In this document: piece by piece, positions 39,453 through 51,204 of the stretch
Position numbering within the stretch: position 1 is the first letter of the stretch
Layout of the letters: each line of letters opens with the position of its first letter
Origin: Candidatus Poribacteria bacterium
GTDB lineage: Bacteria > Poribacteria > WGA-4E > PCPOR2b
DNA length: 64,000 bases
Direction: 5' to 3'
Assembly (NCBI GenBank): GCA_965198175.1
Contig: OZ240245.1
Location: forward strand, 512,001-576,000
Position numbers and translations under genes: made by a program
The notes under the pieces: model-generated
What the model saw: the letters and a program-made list of their open reading frames with translations, nothing else
The model's database searches: none
What the model was told of the DNA's origin: nothing

Positions 39453-42400
39453 CTATGCGAAAATATTTTCAATACTCAAGGGGTGAGCCATTTTCTGATT
39501 TTCGGCTTCTAATTTCTCACGACTCGCGACGACGCAAACCGAGGCTTTATCCCGATTTCCCTCAAGAACATCAAGCAGGGCGCGTTTAACCTCCTTGGGG
39601 GTTGCGCGTCGAAGTTGGGCATATTTTTCTTCAATCACTTCCCGTGTTTGCCCAGAGAGATAATGGGTGAGCGTATCGCTAGAGGCCTGGCTAGGTCGAA
39701 TTGTCTTTAGAAAATTTCCTGCTCTCGAAATAATCGATCGGTCAATGTCAGTCTGCGTCCACTCTACCTGTTTGACATAGTTAGCTGTCTGAGCGAAAAC
39801 GTCCAGCGTACGAGCAACGTGCGGATCGAAATGCGAGTCTTGGTAGAGAGCAGCATCAAATGGATCGTATGTGACACCTGCACCGTAAGCATTGCCTTTG
39901 AGCCGGATTTCGGGCAATATGTAATCAAACAATAAAATGTGCGAACCGATAGCTAGGAGTATCGAATCCGGGTGCGAATAGTGCGGCGCCGGCATCACCT
40001 GCGTGCAGTACCCTACTTGAACGGCTACCGCTAACGCTTCACGCGTAAATGTGCTAAACGGTTTAAATCCTGTGGGTACTGGCGTTATCGCCTCGTCACG
40101 CAAATTGCCGATCCACTCGCCGAGTTTTCTTTGAAACGTCCCGAAAGCCTCATCAGAACCAGTGAAACTGGCAGTGATGCGACTCCGTACTAGCAGGTTG
40201 TCTCGAATTTGTTCAATGCAATCGCTCAGTCCTTCATGAGATTCATCAAAACGGTTGAGTAACATTTCGATCGTGCGTAGCTGCGAGAGTCCAAAGACAA
40301 TTTCTGATAGATAAGCCTGCGGCGAAAACCCGCGTGCAGCATGACGATGCGCGATATTTGGGCTGCGATAGCCGTGTATATAGGTCCGATATTGCGCCAC
40401 TGCTTGATTGAGCACGTCGTAAATACGCCGTTTATCGCTCGGGTTCACTGCGAAAACCAAATCGTTCAGAACACCCAGGGCATCCTCCATTTTATCGTCA
40501 AGTGCTTTCATTCGAAACTGCACGCTCCACACTGGTCGGTTTGGATCAAGCACGTGTGTGCCAAAATTGGAAAAGCATTCAACACCTCCAGTAACTGCTG
40601 CGGTGCGGTGCGCTATCTGCACGTAATCCATTTTGCCAGCACCGAGTTTGGTAACGGCATCGGTGAATCTTGGCAGGTACTGCCATAGATGTTGCGGCAA
40701 CCCTTGCAAATCAAAACTTAGCTCAATGTAGTTCACGCCGTTTGAAAAGACATCGCTTCGAATCAAGGGACGTCCGCCAACGAATTCAACAGTGGTAGGA
40801 ATATGCAACGGCTTTTCGGGAAGGTCAGAGACGTGCAGTTGCGGCAACTTCGCTAAATCCTCCGGAGAGTTGGACCGTCCATTGAGGCGTTCTAACTCGC
40901 CGGCATCGGCAGCAATCTGTCGCATTTGTTCATCGTTGAGTTGCGCGCGAATCGCTTTCAGGCGTTCATTCTCCTCCGCATCAAGACGAGCCTGCATACC
41001 CGGATCAGGAGAGAGGACAGTTATCAACCGATGTGGGTTGTCAAGGAGTCTCTCACGAATCAGATCGTTGAAGATGCGCGGATTTTGCTCCCGGCGTTGG
41101 CGGATAGCAAATAGGCACGTTCCCATCTTTATAAAGAGGGTCGGCTCCTTTTCATATATCCAAGTGTTTATGACACGCTTCATCATCTGAAACGGAAACC
41201 TCGGAGTAACCTCCTGATAGTCATAAGTGATTTGTTGGAACGCAGCCTCCACCATTTCCGTGTCAAAATCTGCGTCTGCAATTTCTGTTAATGTATTGAC
41301 AACCAATTCCGTGAATACCCCAATTCGATCCGCTTCGCTCCCTATCAAACCGATGTGAAAGGTCCTATTCGGTCCTGTTAGTCCGTCAAGGAAACCGTCG
41401 TCGAATAGGTCAGTTCCTAGTTTTGAATCAATAATCGCCTTTCGGAGTGGCGATCCCTGGTTGCCAAGCAGAATCAGACTTAAGATGCGGCATAAGACGG
41501 CATCCTCCGGATCCGTAGAATCGCCAATAAGCCAACTGAGCATCACGTGTGTCTTTTCGGTGAGTGGTTCATCTGCGCCAATCGGATAGGTGTCTCTCAC
41601 CGTCCGTGGGGAAATCCACTTCGGCTGGCGTGTAATTTCCGAACGAAGCGGGTGTAGACTCCCGTTTTTTTCAGTATTTGGAATTTCACCCAGTTTGTCA
41701 GCGAGAAATTCGAGATAATCGCTTGTTCGAATGCTGCCGTAGAAGAAGAAGAAACTGTTGCTCGGATGATAGTAGGTTTGGTGATAGGTTTTTAATTGTT
41801 CGTAGGTAAGATCTGGCAAAACCAGTGAATCCCCAGCACCATTGTGGGCATAGCACGTGTCCGGCAAAAGTCCACGGGTCACGGCGGAATGAAAGCATTC
41901 TCTTGGATCGGACGAGCCGATTTTCACTTCATTATAGACGATTCCGTTAATTCTTAACTCTCCTGAGGGTTCTCCTGGGTCCACGGGCTCAAGATGGTGG
42001 CCTTCGCGTTTGAAAGTTTCTACTGTCAGCTGAGGGTGAAAAACTGAATCAAAGAAGACCTCAGCGAGATTGAATAGATCTTTTTTGACATTGCTTGAAG
42101 TATAGTAAAAGGCGTGATCGACGTAGTTCATGGCATTCGTGCTGTCAAAGCTTGCTAAACTCATCTTCATCATTTCAAACCACACCTCTTTTACCGGATA
42201 ATTGCGCGATCCCATCATCACCGAGTGCTCAAGGACATGTTGCACGCCAGTATCATCAGGTGTTGGGGTCATCGGACTAATCGAAAACCAGTTTCTGGTG
42301 TCGTCTGTATAGAGATGCAGAAGCCGTGCGCCGCTCTTTTGATGTGCGATTTCTATCGCCACCGCTCGCAATTCGTCAATTGGTGTGACGGCTTTTACCT

Positions 42401-42518
42401 CAAAGCCGTGAAGATGTTGGCCTGGATACAGGTTTACGGGTGGATATTGAGAATCAGTTCTGTCGTGTGGAAATGGATTGTGCGTGCAACTTTGTTTTGA
42501 ATGCATCGTGACCTCCAA
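39453..42518 (-). CDS. M16C insulinase / presequence-protease-like metallopeptidase
   Basis: Inverted zinc motif HVLEH, GIVYNEVK, YHPSNS, EIRLKGNAYG. Confidence 0.92.
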   Translation of the reverse strand: MEVTMHSKQSCTHNPFPHDRTDSQYPPVNLYPGQHLHGFEVKAVTPIDELRAVAIEIAHQKSGARLLHLYTDDTRNWFSISPMTPTPDDTGVQHVLEHSVMMGSRNYPVKEVWFEMMKMSLASFDSTNAMNYVDHAFYYTSSNVKKDLFNLAEVFFDSVFHPQLTVETFKREGHHLEPVDPGEPSGELRINGIVYNEVKIGSSDPRECFHSAVTRGLLPDTCYAHNGAGDSLVLPDLTYEQLKTYHQTYYHPSNSFFFFYGSIRTSDYLEFLADKLGEIPNTEKNGSLHPLRSEITRQPKWISPRTVRDTYPIGADEPLTEKTHVMLSWLIGDSTDPEDAVLCRILSLILLGNQGSPLRKAIIDSKLGTDLFDDGFLDGLTGPNRTFHIGLIGSEADRIGVFTELVVNTLTEIADADFDTEMVEAAFQQITYDYQEVTPRFPFQMMKRVINTWIYEKEPTLFIKMGTCLFAIRQRREQNPRIFNDLIRERLLDNPHRLITVLSPDPGMQARLDAEENERLKAIRAQLNDEQMRQIAADAGELERLNGRSNSPEDLAKLPQLHVSDLPEKPLHIPTTVEFVGGRPLIRSDVFSNGVNYIELSFDLQGLPQHLWQYLPRFTDAVTKLGAGKMDYVQIAHRTAAVTGGVECFSNFGTHVLDPNRPVWSVQFRMKALDDKMEDALGVLNDLVFAVNPSDKRRIYDVLNQAVAQYRTYIHGYRSPNIAHRHAARGFSPQAYLSEIVFGLSQLRTIEMLLNRFDESHEGLSDCIEQIRDNLLVRSRITASFTGSDEAFGTFQRKLGEWIGNLRDEAITPVPTGFKPFSTFTREALAVAVQVGYCTQVMPAPHYSHPDSILLAIGSHILLFDYILPEIRLKGNAYGAGVTYDPFDAALYQDSHFDPHVARTLDVFAQTANYVKQVEWTQTDIDRSIISRAGNFLKTIRPSQASSDTLTHYLSGQTREVIEEKYAQLRRATPKEVKRALLDVLEGNRDKASVCVVASREKLEAENQKMAHPLSIENIFA

Positions 42519-42608
42519 ACTAAACTTTTCATGTTTCTAGGACGCGAATGAGACTCGCGGTTTGAAAGAGGAATAGTCTGAACATGTGCGATGGCTGTAG
42601 TAATCGTC

Positions 42609-44453
42609 TCATGCTGTTTCATTCGACAAGTAAGGTGTCATATCCCACAGCAGGATGGTGCCATCAAAACTGCCACTCGCGAGCACGCGACCATCTGGCG
42701 AAAAGGCAAGCGACTGAACGTCGGTCGGATGTCCCCAAAAGGTCGCTATATTTTCACCACCCGTAACCTCCCATAAACGAATAGACACCTTCTCTGTGCC
42801 CTGCCACCACGCACCGGAGGCGAGATACCGTCCACATGGAGAAAATGTCAACGCAAACGGATTATGGCATCCCTGCGGCTGAAATATCGCCATGTGGGTT
42901 TCATAAGTTGTGGAATCCCACAACCGAATTTCGCGCCATAATCCACCGGCAATCATATCACCACGTGGAGAAAATGCGATTGCCCTAATTTTGACAGAGG
43001 CTTCCACTTCCTCTTCCAGCCATTTGAGGGCCCGCCGAATTCCACGAGCATCGCCTTTATACTTAGCAGTATCTAGGGGCAAGGTTAAGGGCAACTTAGC
43101 CACCTGCTTCCAATGTTCAACATCCCAAACTTGGGCGGTGTTGTCACGTGAAGCAATCGCCAGTCACTTTCCATCCGGCGAGAACGCTACCGAACAAATC
43201 CAATCCGTATGTCCCGTGAGCGTGCGTCTCTTGTCCCCGTGCGGCATATCCCAAGCTATCAGCATGCCCGCAGCATCCGCACTTACTAGCAAATCTCTTT
43301 TTGGGGAGAACGCGACTGCGTACACCGCTTTTTGATGTCCCTTGAACTCAGCAATCGGCGCGTCTGGTTTCCCAATATCCCATACCCTGACAGTGGTATC
43401 GTAGGAACTGGAAGCCAGTTTGTTTCCACCAGGGGAAAAATCAATGGAACGGGAACGAATTAAATCAGAATCCCCATCTGGAAATGTTACCAGCGGTTCG
43501 AGATGCTCAACATCCCATAACCTGATGCCGCCTGTCCAGTACCCAGCAGCCAAAGTTTCACCATCTGGAGAAAATTTTACTGACGTGCAAGGAGCGGTAT
43601 GCTCATGAATTACGGTTCCTATGGTAGAGCATTCTTCTACAGTCCACACCTGAACCGTGCGTGTGCCTGCTATTGCTAATTGCAAACCTGTGTTTGAAAA
43701 GCATATCGCATTGAGTCGCTGTTTATATTCCATAGCGCCCAACTTTTTATTGCGCTCTACATTCCACACGGCGAGGGTAGTATCATAAACCCCCGCAGCT
43801 AGCAGTGCGCCATCAGGCAAATAGAAGGGTGTCACCTGATACTTCGCGTATTCGGACGACCCCCTCACTTGCTGTCTGCTGTTGATGTCCCACTCCCACA
43901 ATGTGCCCGCTTTATCCCCGGAGGTTAGGAACTGGCTGCACGGCGAAAAGGAAACACCAGAGACCAAAGCGGTATGTCCGGTGAGGTGGGCGATGCGTTC
44001 ACCTACCTCAACATCCCACACTGAAAGGGTGTTGTCAGGTGTCGCGCAGGCAAGCAATTTTCCATTAGGCGAAAAGGAAAGCGGGATGAAGGGAGAATGC
44101 TGAATTGGCGACGCATTGGCAAATTTTGCAACTTCTTCCCCGGTTTCTGCGTGCCAGATGTAAACGGTATCGTAACCCCCACCGGAAGAGGCTAACAGTT
44201 GTCCATCGGGCGAAAAGGCGACAGCACGAACCACACCGCGTTCGGTATCCCACAACGCAAGGGGAGCCTTGGTGGACACATCGTATAACCAGAGCCCGAT
44301 ACGACTTCCGACAGCGAGCGTGTTCGCGCCTTGAGAGAGTGACAGATCTTGTACAACTCCCCGTCCTAATCGGGCAATTGCACCCTCTGGTAATGCCCAA
44401 GTGATTACATCAATGTTTGTATGTGCACCGTCGTTATTGACAGTCATTATCAA
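42609..44453 (-). pseudogene. WD40-repeat protein with in-frame TGA at 43164-43166
   Basis: SVAFSPDGK*LAIASRDNTAQVWD continues in frame into the downstream ORF. Confidence 0.85.
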
Positions 44454-44781
44454 AACTGGCTCAGACGAAAGCAGAAACGCATCACATTGAGCGAAACAAT
44501 TGCCTGATGTACCATTCGTTCGGGCGTTTTAAGCGCAAGGTCCATTATCGTCTCAAAAAGCATTGAGATTATAGAGTTGACGATACCTTGTTTGCACGCT
44601 TTCGTGTCAATGGTGACGAGTTGACATTTTAAATCTCGGCGGGATGCAAGAAAATATCGTTAGTTAGGCGATACCCTCGAAGGAAGTAATGCATCGTTGT
44701 TGGGCTTACTTCAAAACGAGACTAGATTTCACAGAAATAAGGACAACCGGATTGGGATGCCCTTATTTATCTATGTATTGA

Positions 44782-45250
44782 TTAAAATTCGCGTTTGATA
44801 TCTCCCCACTTTGCCGCTAACTTCCCTTGCGGTTCTACGGAGACCACATCTGGCGCATCCACGTTCGGATCTCGTGCCTGTTCCATGGTTGCCCAAAACA
44901 TATCAATATAGGCTCGCTCCCGGTCAACGACGTGCCAAGTGTGGCTGCCAGCAGAGATTTCTAGACCCACTCGATTTTCTGTGAGTTGATCGACCTCTAA
45001 GCCTGGAAATGGACCGTTGCGGCTATTGATTGGGTACCACAACCAATCGGAACTCCAAGTAAACTGACTTCCCTCGAAGAGATCCCAGATATTTAGGGAA
45101 GGACTCTGATCGTTATTACCAGCCTCAATATCTAGTCCCCAATGCCACGCATTTTCTGCCCTCGTCGGTGCAATGGCTCTTGCCCAGATGTACCATGTTC
45201 CGGTCGCAGGAACGTTGAACTCATGCTTGATCCAGTCGCCGTCGCATAAA
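44782..45250 (-). pseudogene. 5'-truncated paralogue of the CBM-like secreted family
   Basis: Frame CDGDWIKHEFNVPATGTWYIW...VSVEPQGKLAAKWGDIKREF with no in-frame start or signal peptide. Confidence 0.7.
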
Positions 45251-45445
45251 CCTTCTCCTTGTGCTGTTTGTGGTTAGAAATGTGACCATCCAATCCTCCT
45301 CAATAGGACGATCCCTTCTGATTGTGTTATGGTGAAACTCATGACCTGAATAGTCACGTAGCACTACAAATGGCGCTAGACGTCATCAATTTTAACAGCA
45401 CCAACTACATTTCATTATAGCATGAACCCCAAAAAATACAAGCGC

Positions 45446-45473
45446 AAAAAAAGGGTGCCCATTAGGACACCCT
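45446..45473 (-). terminator. Intrinsic terminator
   Basis: AGGGTG..CACCCT stem followed by a T run on the minus strand. Confidence 0.6.
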
Positions 45474-45508
45474 GAACTAGCTGTTTAAGTTATGTCTTAA
45501 CGTATTGG

Positions 45509-46258
45509 TTAAAATCCGCGTTTAATATCTCCCCACTTTGCCGCTAATTTCCCCTGCGGATCCACGGAAACCGGTGAATCCACGTTCGGGTCACGAGCTT
45601 GTTCCATTGTTGCCCAAACATGATCTATTTGGGAGTGTTCTCGGTAGCTGAAGTGGAGGATATGGGTACCAGCCGAAAGCTCCACGCCCTCTCGATCAGC
45701 GGTATACTGACCAGCCTCTCCTCCGGGATGCGGCCCTCTGCGGCTAACTAACGGACGCCACGTCCAATCAAGCGTGAATCGGTCGTGGAGGGACGCGTCC
45801 TCAAGAACATCCCAGACGTTCATCGGACCGTCACCGCCGAAATCGTCGGAAACGACGTCTTCATCCGCCAAATCGAACGCCCAAAACCACGAATTGTCTG
45901 CTTGTGTCGCAACGACGGCGAGTGCCCAGAGGTACCATTTCCCTGTTGCAGGAACACTGATTGAATATTTTACCCAACTACCATCGCCACAGCAGGCGTC
46001 CGGTCCATCTGGCCATCCGATGAAAGCGTTGCCGACAGCTTCCGTGATGGTATACTCCCGATTTTCCGGAAGCTCCGGTGCCCTGGCTGGGTTGTCCGAT
46101 GCCACGGTTGTGAACGGAGGCGTGATGATCTGCCACCGCTCTCCACTTGAAGCGATGAAATCTTCTGCCGCAAATTGGAACTCTTGCGCGCTCGCCTCGT
46201 ATGCAACAATGCTCAAAAGAGCAAGGCTAACTAGCGTGAAAAAGGTAATGAATCGCAT
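45509..46258 (-). CDS. Secreted CBM-like protein with conserved tail
   Basis: RBS GGAGG, MRFITFFTL signal, FAAEDF, VSVDPQGKLAAKWGDIK. Confidence 0.8.
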   Translation of the reverse strand: MRFITFFTLVSLALLSIVAYEASAQEFQFAAEDFIASSGERWQIITPPFTTVASDNPARAPELPENREYTITEAVGNAFIGWPDGPDACCGDGSWVKYSISVPATGKWYLWALAVVATQADNSWFWAFDLADEDVVSDDFGGDGPMNVWDVLEDASLHDRFTLDWTWRPLVSRRGPHPGGEAGQYTADREGVELSAGTHILHFSYREHSQIDHVWATMEQARDPNVDSPVSVDPQGKLAAKWGDIKRGF

Positions 46259-46355
46259 AAGTGACCTCCAAATGTTATAGTCGACTTTGAAAAACGTCAA
46301 TTTTGTTGGAATGTCCGGTAATACCATAATTGATGCTGGTTACACAAGGGTGAAA

Positions 46356-47075
46356 TTAGTATATTCGTTGCTTGAGATCTGCCCAGGTTATCGCTAATTT
46401 CCCCTGCGACTCAACGGCTATGGGTTCGGTCTCATTGGCGTTGAAATTCGCATCTGTTGTTATGTAAAAGGCATCTAAATAAGCTCCGTCCTCTCGGTCC
46501 ATAACGTGCAGGGTATGAACACCAGCGGATAATTCAAGGGGCGTTGCATCACCGACGCCAGAAAATGGACCACCGCGACTGCCCGCACGGAACCACGCCC
46601 ACTCATGTATTGCCCCCTCCGGGGGTGGGTTGCCAAGCGGGAAATTCTGTGACGAACCAGCGGCTTCATTAAGATCTATGATGTTGATCTGATCGTTATC
46701 TGCTGAAATAGCGTCATCATCAGCGATATCTATGGCCCAGAAGAAAGAATTGTCGCTGGCGGGTGGACCAATAGCTTTGAACCAGAGATACCAATCCCCT
46801 GTCACTGGAGCACTAAACGCATACTTGAACCAAGAATTAGAGCTACCCCCTGAACCGTTTGTCGAACCGAGAAATGCGCCGCCGGAAGCCTCAGCAATTG
46901 TATATTCCCCCCCATTGGTCTCTGTGTGTGGAGGATTGAAAATCTGCATGCCATCACCACTTCGGGCTGTGAAATTTTCTGCCTCCCAGCCTCTCTGATG
47001 CTGGGCATGTGACGGGCAAACAATAACGCTCAAGGCGACAATACTAGCTAATGTGAAAAAGGTGAGTAATCGCAT
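46356..47075 (-). CDS. Secreted CBM-like protein with conserved tail
   Basis: MRLLTFFTL signal, WEAENF, AVESQGKLAITWADLK. Confidence 0.8.
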   Translation of the reverse strand: MRLLTFFTLASIVALSVIVCPSHAQHQRGWEAENFTARSGDGMQIFNPPHTETNGGEYTIAEASGGAFLGSTNGSGGSSNSWFKYAFSAPVTGDWYLWFKAIGPPASDNSFFWAIDIADDDAISADNDQINIIDLNEAAGSSQNFPLGNPPPEGAIHEWAWFRAGSRGGPFSGVGDATPLELSAGVHTLHVMDREDGAYLDAFYITTDANFNANETEPIAVESQGKLAITWADLKQRIY

Positions 47076-47304
47076 TTATATCTCCCTTCAAGATGTTATT
47101 AATTTCGAACTGCACCAATCCAGAATGTCCTATTATAGCATAAATCCGAAAAAATGCCAATAAAAAGCGACGTTGTCTGTCCTATTTCCACTAACGTGAG
47201 TACGCACGTTGTGGGAAATTGCTCGCTCAATAACCTCCAACATACCCTCTCAGGTAAAATTCGTTAATCTTGAAATTATACTTAACACCTCAGTCAAGGG
47301 ATAA

Positions 47305-48789
47305 TTATTCTTCTTGTCTAAGGTCTGCCCATATTGTCGCTAATCTCCCGTGCGGTTCAACGGATAGCTTGCCATCAGGAGGTGTTTCATTGGCGTCGAA
47401 TGCCTTATCTGTCGTTGCAAAAACGGCATCCAAATACGCTCCATCCTCTCGATGAATGAGATGAAACGTATGTTTACCCGCTGTCAACGCCAGGGGTGTT
47501 GGGTTGTCATAAGAGCCCCTGCCTGGGAAAGGTCCGCTGCGACTGCTCAACCGGTACCACGTCCACTGATGTAATATATTCGCCGGCGCTGGATTGCCAA
47601 ACGGGAAATTCACTGACTCCCCGGCTGCCTCATTGAAATCCCATATGTTGACTTTACCATTGTCCTCTGATTTCGCATCTGCATCACGAATATCCACCCC
47701 CCAGAAGAACGAATTGTTGCTACTCGGAGGCCCGATGACCCTTCCCCAGAAGTACCAATCCCCTGCTACTGAGGAATTAAACACATACTTGAGCCAGGAG
47801 TTCGAATTACCCCCTGTACCGTTTTCTGAACCGACAAACGCGTTACCAGATGCTTCAACAATTCTATACTGTACGTTATTCGCACCTGTTTCCTGATGCG
47901 GAGGATTGAACAGCCCAATACCATTTCCATTCTTTGCAGTGAAATTTTCTGCTTCCCAGAAGATAACCCTCCCTCCGGTAATTAACGGGTGTCTTGTGGG
48001 CGGTGATGTAATCTCATCAGGGGGCGGTGCAATAACCTCAAAAGAAAGGAGGACGGAAGATCCCATAACGTTCCCCGCTAAATCCCTAACGCCGAGAACG
48101 GCTAGGGTGTGCTTTCCAACTGTCATTGGCTTCTGCGGTTTAAAAATTGCCACTGCGCCCCCAACCTCCACGACCCCTTCAATACCGGAAACCACGATGC
48201 CCGCCTGCGCTGAAACAGGATCCACTTCTTCATCAAAACGCACCACAAGGCTACCTGTCGCTTTCACGGACCCGCCTTCGGTAGGAATAGTATTCACAAC
48301 CCTCGGTGGTATAACGTCTGCGGGTTGTTGTGTGATATCGACTTCAACCGCGTTGAAAAAGATTGAAAAAGGCGTCATTAATGTATTGTCTTCCAAATCC
48401 TCAATACCCAAAACCGTCAGGACATAAGCTCCGGTTGTCATCTGCTCTGTGGGTGTGAACTTGACTGCACGGCTCTGCTGCTCAAGGGTGATAACCCCCT
48501 TGATAACCTCTGCGTCGATGACGGATCGAACTGAGATTCCCCGTTGTGCGGAGGTTAGATGGACTCTCTTGCTGAATACGAGGATAATAGGCGTATTCAC
48601 AGGAATCGGCCCACCTTGTACATTAGTAGCTATAAGCGTAGGTGGTGTGGTATTTTTGACAAAGATTGGCGCCGGTGTTTCCTCTTCGCCGCAACCCGAT
48701 AGGCATAACCAGATACCGATGAAGGAAAAAATCGTAGCCTGCTTCAGGGATAGTTTACAATTCAGTTTACACTTCCGTTTGGCGAACAT
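47305..48789 (-). CDS. Lipoprotein with two Ig-like (Big_5-like) domains and a CBM-like domain
   Basis: Lipobox LSGC, GIEDLEDN/GVRDLAGN Ig ends, WEAENF, SVEPHGRLATIWADLR. Confidence 0.75.
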   Translation of the reverse strand: MFAKRKCKLNCKLSLKQATIFSFIGIWLCLSGCGEEETPAPIFVKNTTPPTLIATNVQGGPIPVNTPIILVFSKRVHLTSAQRGISVRSVIDAEVIKGVITLEQQSRAVKFTPTEQMTTGAYVLTVLGIEDLEDNTLMTPFSIFFNAVEVDITQQPADVIPPRVVNTIPTEGGSVKATGSLVVRFDEEVDPVSAQAGIVVSGIEGVVEVGGAVAIFKPQKPMTVGKHTLAVLGVRDLAGNVMGSSVLLSFEVIAPPPDEITSPPTRHPLITGGRVIFWEAENFTAKNGNGIGLFNPPHQETGANNVQYRIVEASGNAFVGSENGTGGNSNSWLKYVFNSSVAGDWYFWGRVIGPPSSNNSFFWGVDIRDADAKSEDNGKVNIWDFNEAAGESVNFPFGNPAPANILHQWTWYRLSSRSGPFPGRGSYDNPTPLALTAGKHTFHLIHREDGAYLDAVFATTDKAFDANETPPDGKLSVEPHGRLATIWADLRQEE

Positions 48790-48943
48790 TGCAAACCTCC
48801 TTTTCGCGTGTTGCGGCTTGGATTCAGTAACTTGCGTTCGCCTCAATCCGCTAGCTCCCAGTCGATGTATTTTCGTGTTGCGCAGCGACAAGTGCCCATA
48901 TGTCGATTCATGGTAGACAGATGAAAGTGCGTTTGCACATACG

Positions 48944-50863
48944 TTAGAGGTTCGCAATCAGCACCGGCTCTACCGAATCGACAAGCGCAAAGCCGAAGAC
49001 TTTTGCGTAAAAGTAGAGTTCAGCTTCTAGGGCGCGCTTGATATTTTCGGCGCGGCGAAAGCCGTGCTGCTCGCCTTCAAACGGAATGTATGCGACAGGC
49101 AATCCCTGTGCACGCAGCGCCTCAACCATTAACTCCGCCTGATTGGGAGGAACAACTTTATCCTCAAGGCCGTGAAAGAAAATCAGCGGGCACGATAGCT
49201 GATTAGTGAAATGAATTGGCGAGCTTTCCCGGTAGAGATCGCGTTGCTCCGGATAAGGGCCAATCAAGTTATCTAAGTAGCGGGATTCAAACTTGTGTGT
49301 GTCTTGTACCAGTGCCTCAAGGTCGCTCACACCGTAGTAGCTTGCACCCGCCTTGAAGATGTCGCGGAAGGTCAACGCGCAGAGCGTCGTGTAACCTCCC
49401 GCACTGCCGCCACGAATAGCAATTCGGTCCTCGTCAACCGCGCCGCGTGCGACGAGGTAGCGCACGCCGTTCACACAGTCATCAACATCAACAGTTCCCC
49501 ACTGACCGTTAAGCCGCTGACGATATGCACGTCCATAGCCGGTGCTGCCGCCATAGTTCACGTCGAGTACAGCAATACCTCGGCTCGTCAAGTATTGAAT
49601 CTCCAAGTCAAACGCTGTCGAAGTCGCCCCGGTTGGTCCGCCATGACTTACAACAATCAGCGGTGGACGTTCACTGAATGGGGGTGTATAGTCTCGGTTT
49701 TGGGGTGGATAGAAGAAAGCATGCGCTGTTAGCCCGTGCTCAGTCGGGAACTCAATTGCTTGGGGCACGGACAGATACCTAATGTCAATCACTACATTGC
49801 TTGAATGGCGCAAGACCGCCATCCGGCGCGTGGCGAGGTCGAGCCGGACAACAGATACCGGTGCAGTTGGTGAGCCTGCATAGAAAACAGCGCATCCAGA
49901 ACCACATCGGAGAAACGAGATTTCTGAGTACGGCGTCTCAATCCGTTCGAGCTCACCTGTAGTTGTATTGAGAATCCCCAGATGCCAGATTCCTCGCACG
50001 TTGTAGGCGCAAATGATGCGATTGGCTGATTCAAATGCATAAGTGGACATCCCGAACAACCACTGCGCCCTTCCAAACTCCGCCTCGATTTGATACTGCG
50101 GCTCGATATGTCCATCGCGCCAGCGGTAGAGATTCCACCAGCCAGTTCGATCGGAGACATAGTGCAGCACGCCATCCGGTGACCACTCGGGTTGGAAAAT
50201 TGACTCATCTGGACCGCCTGCAACCTGTACGATTTGACCGATAGATCCATCGTCCCTAACCTCGCCGACCCAGAGTTCGCATCCGTCCCACGGCATGTTC
50301 GGATGGCTCCAGGTGAGCCATGCGAGCTGAGCCCCATCCGGACTCAGACGCGGACTAGCGTAAAAGTCACACCCAGAGACAAGCACCTGTGCCTCCGGTG
50401 TATCCGAAAGCTTGACAGCAACGAGACTGTTGACGGCTTCGTGTTCGACATCAGTATGGTCCTCGCACACACAGATTAACCGGTTGCGGCGGCGGTCAAT
50501 AATGCCATCTGCATAGCGCAGCGGGACATTGGGCGTAATCGGATACGGCGCGCTACCAGACTTCTGACCGTACAGACGTTGATCTGTGTAGTTCGAGAAG
50601 TAAATTGTCCCGCCACTGACGACAAATGCTCCGCCTCCATACTCGTGAACACGCGTGCGAGCGTTAAAAGGGACAGGCGTCATATCGGTTGTTCGTCCTT
50701 CTGGTGTACGTTGAACGATGACGTACCGGCCCCCCTCCGTTGGACGGCTCTCAACCCAGTAGACATCCTCTCCATCAAGCGTTAGTCCTCCAAACCGGGT
50801 GGTTTCAGACACGATAACATCTGTAGTGATTGGCGATTTCCATGAGCCGTAAGGTGCGACCAT
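48944..50863 (-). CDS. S9 prolyl oligopeptidase-family peptidase
   Basis: [32 protein letters not shown]. Confidence 0.93.
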   Translation of the reverse strand: MVAPYGSWKSPITTDVIVSETTRFGGLTLDGEDVYWVESRPTEGGRYVIVQRTPEGRTTDMTPVPFNARTRVHEYGGGAFVVSGGTIYFSNYTDQRLYGQKSGSAPYPITPNVPLRYADGIIDRRRNRLICVCEDHTDVEHEAVNSLVAVKLSDTPEAQVLVSGCDFYASPRLSPDGAQLAWLTWSHPNMPWDGCELWVGEVRDDGSIGQIVQVAGGPDESIFQPEWSPDGVLHYVSDRTGWWNLYRWRDGHIEPQYQIEAEFGRAQWLFGMSTYAFESANRIICAYNVRGIWHLGILNTTTGELERIETPYSEISFLRCGSGCAVFYAGSPTAPVSVVRLDLATRRMAVLRHSSNVVIDIRYLSVPQAIEFPTEHGLTAHAFFYPPQNRDYTPPFSERPPLIVVSHGGPTGATSTAFDLEIQYLTSRGIAVLDVNYGGSTGYGRAYRQRLNGQWGTVDVDDCVNGVRYLVARGAVDEDRIAIRGGSAGGYTTLCALTFRDIFKAGASYYGVSDLEALVQDTHKFESRYLDNLIGPYPEQRDLYRESSPIHFTNQLSCPLIFFHGLEDKVVPPNQAELMVEALRAQGLPVAYIPFEGEQHGFRRAENIKRALEAELYFYAKVFGFALVDSVEPVLIANL

Positions 50864-50940
50864 ACGCTTCCTTTCAGGTAAAAATCGTGAAACAGAAGTA
50901 TCGTTTTATGGTATTCGGGCCTACTGACAATATTCCGCAC

Positions 50941-50978
50941 GAAAAAGCCCCTTCTCTGATTTCTCGAGAGAAGGAGCC
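50941..50978 (-). terminator. Intrinsic terminator upstream of the S9 peptidase
   Basis: GCTCCTTCTCT..AGAGAAGGGGC-TTTTT. Confidence 0.7.
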
Positions 50979-51136
50979 AATAGACCTACCGGTTGTTGAA
51001 CTTACCGCAACCAGCTCGTTTCGCACACTGCTCAAGATAGATTTTCGCTACTTGCGCTGTAAACGCGACAGTGACCAGTTGGTCAACCAGTGACTTCCCC
51101 TTCTATCCAGCGCAACTACTATCTGTTTATCAACGT
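50941..51136 (-). ncRNA. Putative structured RNA / attenuating leader
   Basis: Promoter, nested stems AGATAG/CTATCT and TTGCGCTG/CAGCGCAA, then a terminator. Confidence 0.45.
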
Positions 51137-51142
51137 TACGAC

Positions 51143-51171
51143 ATTATACTCGACCGCTCGCATCACGTCAA
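51143..51171 (-). promoter_or_regulatory. sigma70 promoter TTGACG-N17-TATAAT
   Basis: Near-consensus hexamers with 17-nt spacer. Confidence 0.7.
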
Positions 51172-51204
51172 CAAAAAAGCCCCTCCCAGGAAGTGGAAGG
51201 GGCA
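51172..51204 (-). terminator. Intrinsic terminator
   Basis: GCCCCTTCC..GGGAGGGGC-TTTTTT. Confidence 0.65.

Noticed and set aside
43164..43166. Selenocysteine readthrough in the WD40 gene
   Set aside because: Not a Cys/redox position in WD repeats and no convincing SECIS; a nonsense mutation is simpler
50941..51136. T-box or SAM-I riboswitch
   Set aside because: No GGTGGnACC T-box motif and no SAM-I core consensus visible
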